Source: a virus
Lineage: Duplodnaviria > Caudoviricetes
Length of the DNA: 56,829 bases
Virus record (IMG/VR): IMGVR_UViG_3300048834_001011
Coordinates: 1-56,829 of that record
Direction: 5' to 3' (one strand)
Shown here one piece after another: positions 54,882 through 56,829 of the stretch. Under the pieces are notes generated by a model. That model saw only the letters and a program-made list of their open reading frames with translations. It was not told the origin of the DNA and ran no database searches. A program made the position numbers and the translations under genes. Every line of letters starts with the position of its first letter. The stretch's first letter is position 1.

Positions 54882-55991
54882 TGAGCAACTGGGTGCGCCA
54901 GAGCGCCCAGGGTGTCGATGTGGGCGGTGCTGCAGGCAAAGCAGCAGGCATCACACCCGAGCAAATGGAGCTGGCGCGGCTGCGCGCAGAAGTGGCCAGG
55001 CTGCGCATGGAGCGCGACATCGCAAAAAAAGCCGCGGCTCCCTTCCGCAGGACACGCTGCGAGGTACGCCTGGATTTACCAAATGAGAAAGCAGTACCCG
55101 GTGAGCATTTCCTGCGAAGTGCTGGAGGTCAGCGCCAGTGGGTACTTCATTTGGCAGCGCCGCCGTCACGCCAGTCGCTCAGGGCCTGCTGGGCGCCAGA
55201 GCGACGAAGCCTTGCTGGCCCACATGCGGGCCATCCACGCCCAGGTCAAAGGCGAATACGGCTGGCCGCGCATGCACAAGGAGCTGCTGGCGCGCGGGAT
55301 TCGGGTGGGTAAAGACCGGGTGCGCAAGCTGATGAAGCAACACGGCATCAAGGCACGGACCAAGCGCAAATTTGTGGTGACGACCGACAGCAAACACAGC
55401 CTGCCGGTGGCGCCCGATCTGGTGCAACGCCGCTTCAACCCCGAGGCGCCAAATCAGCTGTGGAGCGGCGATATCACCTACATTGCCACCGACGAGGGCT
55501 GGGTGTACTTAGCGGCGGTGATTGACCTGTTCAGCCGTCAGGTGGTGGGCTGGAGTATGCAGGCCCACATGCACACCAGCCTGGTCAACGACGCTTTGAC
55601 CATGGCGTGGTTCCGTCGTCGCCCTGAGGCCGGCCTGATCTTCCACAGCGATCGTGGCAGCCAGTACTGCAGCCATGAATTCCAAGACGCTTTGCGGGGC
55701 TGGGAGATGCGCTCGTCAATGAGCAGGAAGGGCAACTGCTGGGATAACGCGCCGACCGAAAGCTTCTGGGGTCGGTTGAAAACGGCCAGCCTGTACGGCA
55801 GGAAGTTCGCTACCCGGCGTGAGGCCATGGACGCAGTGCTGGGCTGGATGGCTTTCTACAATCACCGACGCTTGCACTCGACGCTGGGGTACCTCAGCCC
55901 GATGCAGTATGAGCACCGCTGGTACGAGGCACAGCGTAAAAAGGCCGCGTAAACCGTGGGCTAAGAACTACACGTAACAGGGGCAAGGTCA
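54875..55991 (+). mobile_element. IS3-family insertion sequence, left end deleted
   Basis: orfA tail (ELARLRAEVARLRMERDIAKKA), A7G at 55024-55031, DDE orfB, right end ...GGGGCAAGGTCA. Confidence 0.9.
55024..55952 (+). pseudogene. IS3 transposase OrfB (DDE), uncoupled from a truncated OrfA
   Basis: YGWPRM, WSGDITYI, HSDRGSQY, CWDNAPTESF, YNHRRLHSTLGYLSP. Confidence 0.85.
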
Positions 55992-56068
55992 TCGTAGGTA
56001 CCTATCCATTTTTTCATTCTTTTTTGCACCTTGGTGACCTACAGATCGAAACGCTCTTGGCACAAGGC

Positions 56069-56074
56069 TATAAT
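56069..56074 (+). promoter_or_regulatory. -10 box of the tRNA promoter
   Basis: TATAAT 10 bp before the tRNA. Confidence 0.6.
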
Positions 56075-56084
56075 CGAAGGCTTC

Positions 56085-56174
<90 letters not shown>

Positions 56175-56179
56175 TATAT

Positions 56180-56216
56180 AACCCTAAGTGATTGATTCAC
56201 TTAGGGTTTTTTCTTT
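56180..56216 (+). terminator. Intrinsic terminator of tRNA-Ser
   Basis: AACCCTAAGTGA-TTGAT-TCACTTAGGGTT followed by a T tract. Confidence 0.85.
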
Positions 56217-56415
56217 GGTGGCTTGTCTTCCCGCCTAAGCACCCGCCCAAAGTCAACTCGGCAGGGCCTGCACTTGATTGCAGCGGGTTCGGGGGAGGGC
56301 TTCAAGGTGTTTCACTTGGCGTGAATCCATGCAAAGCAATTGCGTGAAAAGGCGAATCCCGACCGGGATCGCCTTGCCGGTTGTCGGAATGGGGCATTGT
56401 CAATCGTCGGTGGCC

Positions 56416-56829
56416 TCAAGCCGCTTTCGACGTTCCCTGCACCATCTTCATTGCGGAGCCGATCAATGCCGACACTTCGGTCATGTTGCTGGGGACGATG
56501 AGTGTGGTTGTGGCGTCCGATGCCACCTGGCTGTAGGCCTCGACGGCTTTCTCGGCGACCTTGAGCTGTACGGCCTCCTGGCCGCCGGGCTGGCGGATGG
56601 CAGTGGCGACACGTTCAATGGCTTCGGCCGTGGCCTGCGCCACGGCGCGTATGGACTCTGCCTCGCCCATGGCCTTGTTGATGACCGCCTGCTTTTCGCC
56701 CTCAGAGCGTGCGATGAAGGCCTCGCGTTCGCCGGTGGCGATGTTGATCTGTTCCTGGCGGCGGCCTTCCGACGCAGCGATCAGTGCGCGCTTTTCGCGC
56801 TCGGCCGTGATTTGCGCCTGCATGGCGTG
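56416..56829 (-). CDS. SPFH/Band-7 (QmcA/paraslipin-like) protein, C-terminal part (5' partial)
   Basis: AMQAQITAEREKRA.IAASEGRRQEQINIATGEREA...GGQEAVQLKVAE. Confidence 0.9.
   Translation of the reverse strand, partial: HAMQAQITAEREKRALIAASEGRRQEQINIATGEREAFIARSEGEKQAVINKAMGEAESIRAVAQATAEAIERVATAIRQPGGQEAVQLKVAEKAVEAYSQVASDATTTLIVPSNMTEVSALIGSAMKMVQGTSKAA

Overview
GC-rich, probably betaproteobacterial chromosomal window made of three related mobile elements stacked in tandem, ending in core genes (tRNA-Ser, SPFH protein). (1) 1-~33270 is the right half of a lambda-head siphovirus prophage: portal, S49 protease with nested scaffold, gpD, gpE capsid, tail genes with a -1 frameshifted chaperone, tape measure, tail tip, and a lysis cassette whose endolysin is broken by an internal deletion. 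It is followed by an 8-gene defence operon on the minus strand, in which DarTG sits inside a DUF499/DUF3780/DUF1156/PLD-SNF2 'restriction-like' system, with an extra GIY-YIG gene. (2) ~33265-53560 is a ~20 kb element with no structural genes that looks like an undescribed phage satellite. It has a large serine recombinase with DUF2924, a long coiled-coil protein reminiscent of P4 Sid/Psu, an AlpA-like HTH, a primase-helicase, an iteron-like origin and two head-to-head lambda-type cos-like sites, each with its own repeat set. Its cargo is a fused R-M-S enzyme, McrBC, an AEP primase-helicase and a RelE/XRE toxin-antitoxin pair. (3) ~53560-54881 is a remnant of a third, related element fused to a truncated IS3. 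The element junctions carry tmRNA/tRNA-like 3' ends whose 20-bp core is inverted between the two copies. All family calls come from motif recognition by eye; no database searches were run.
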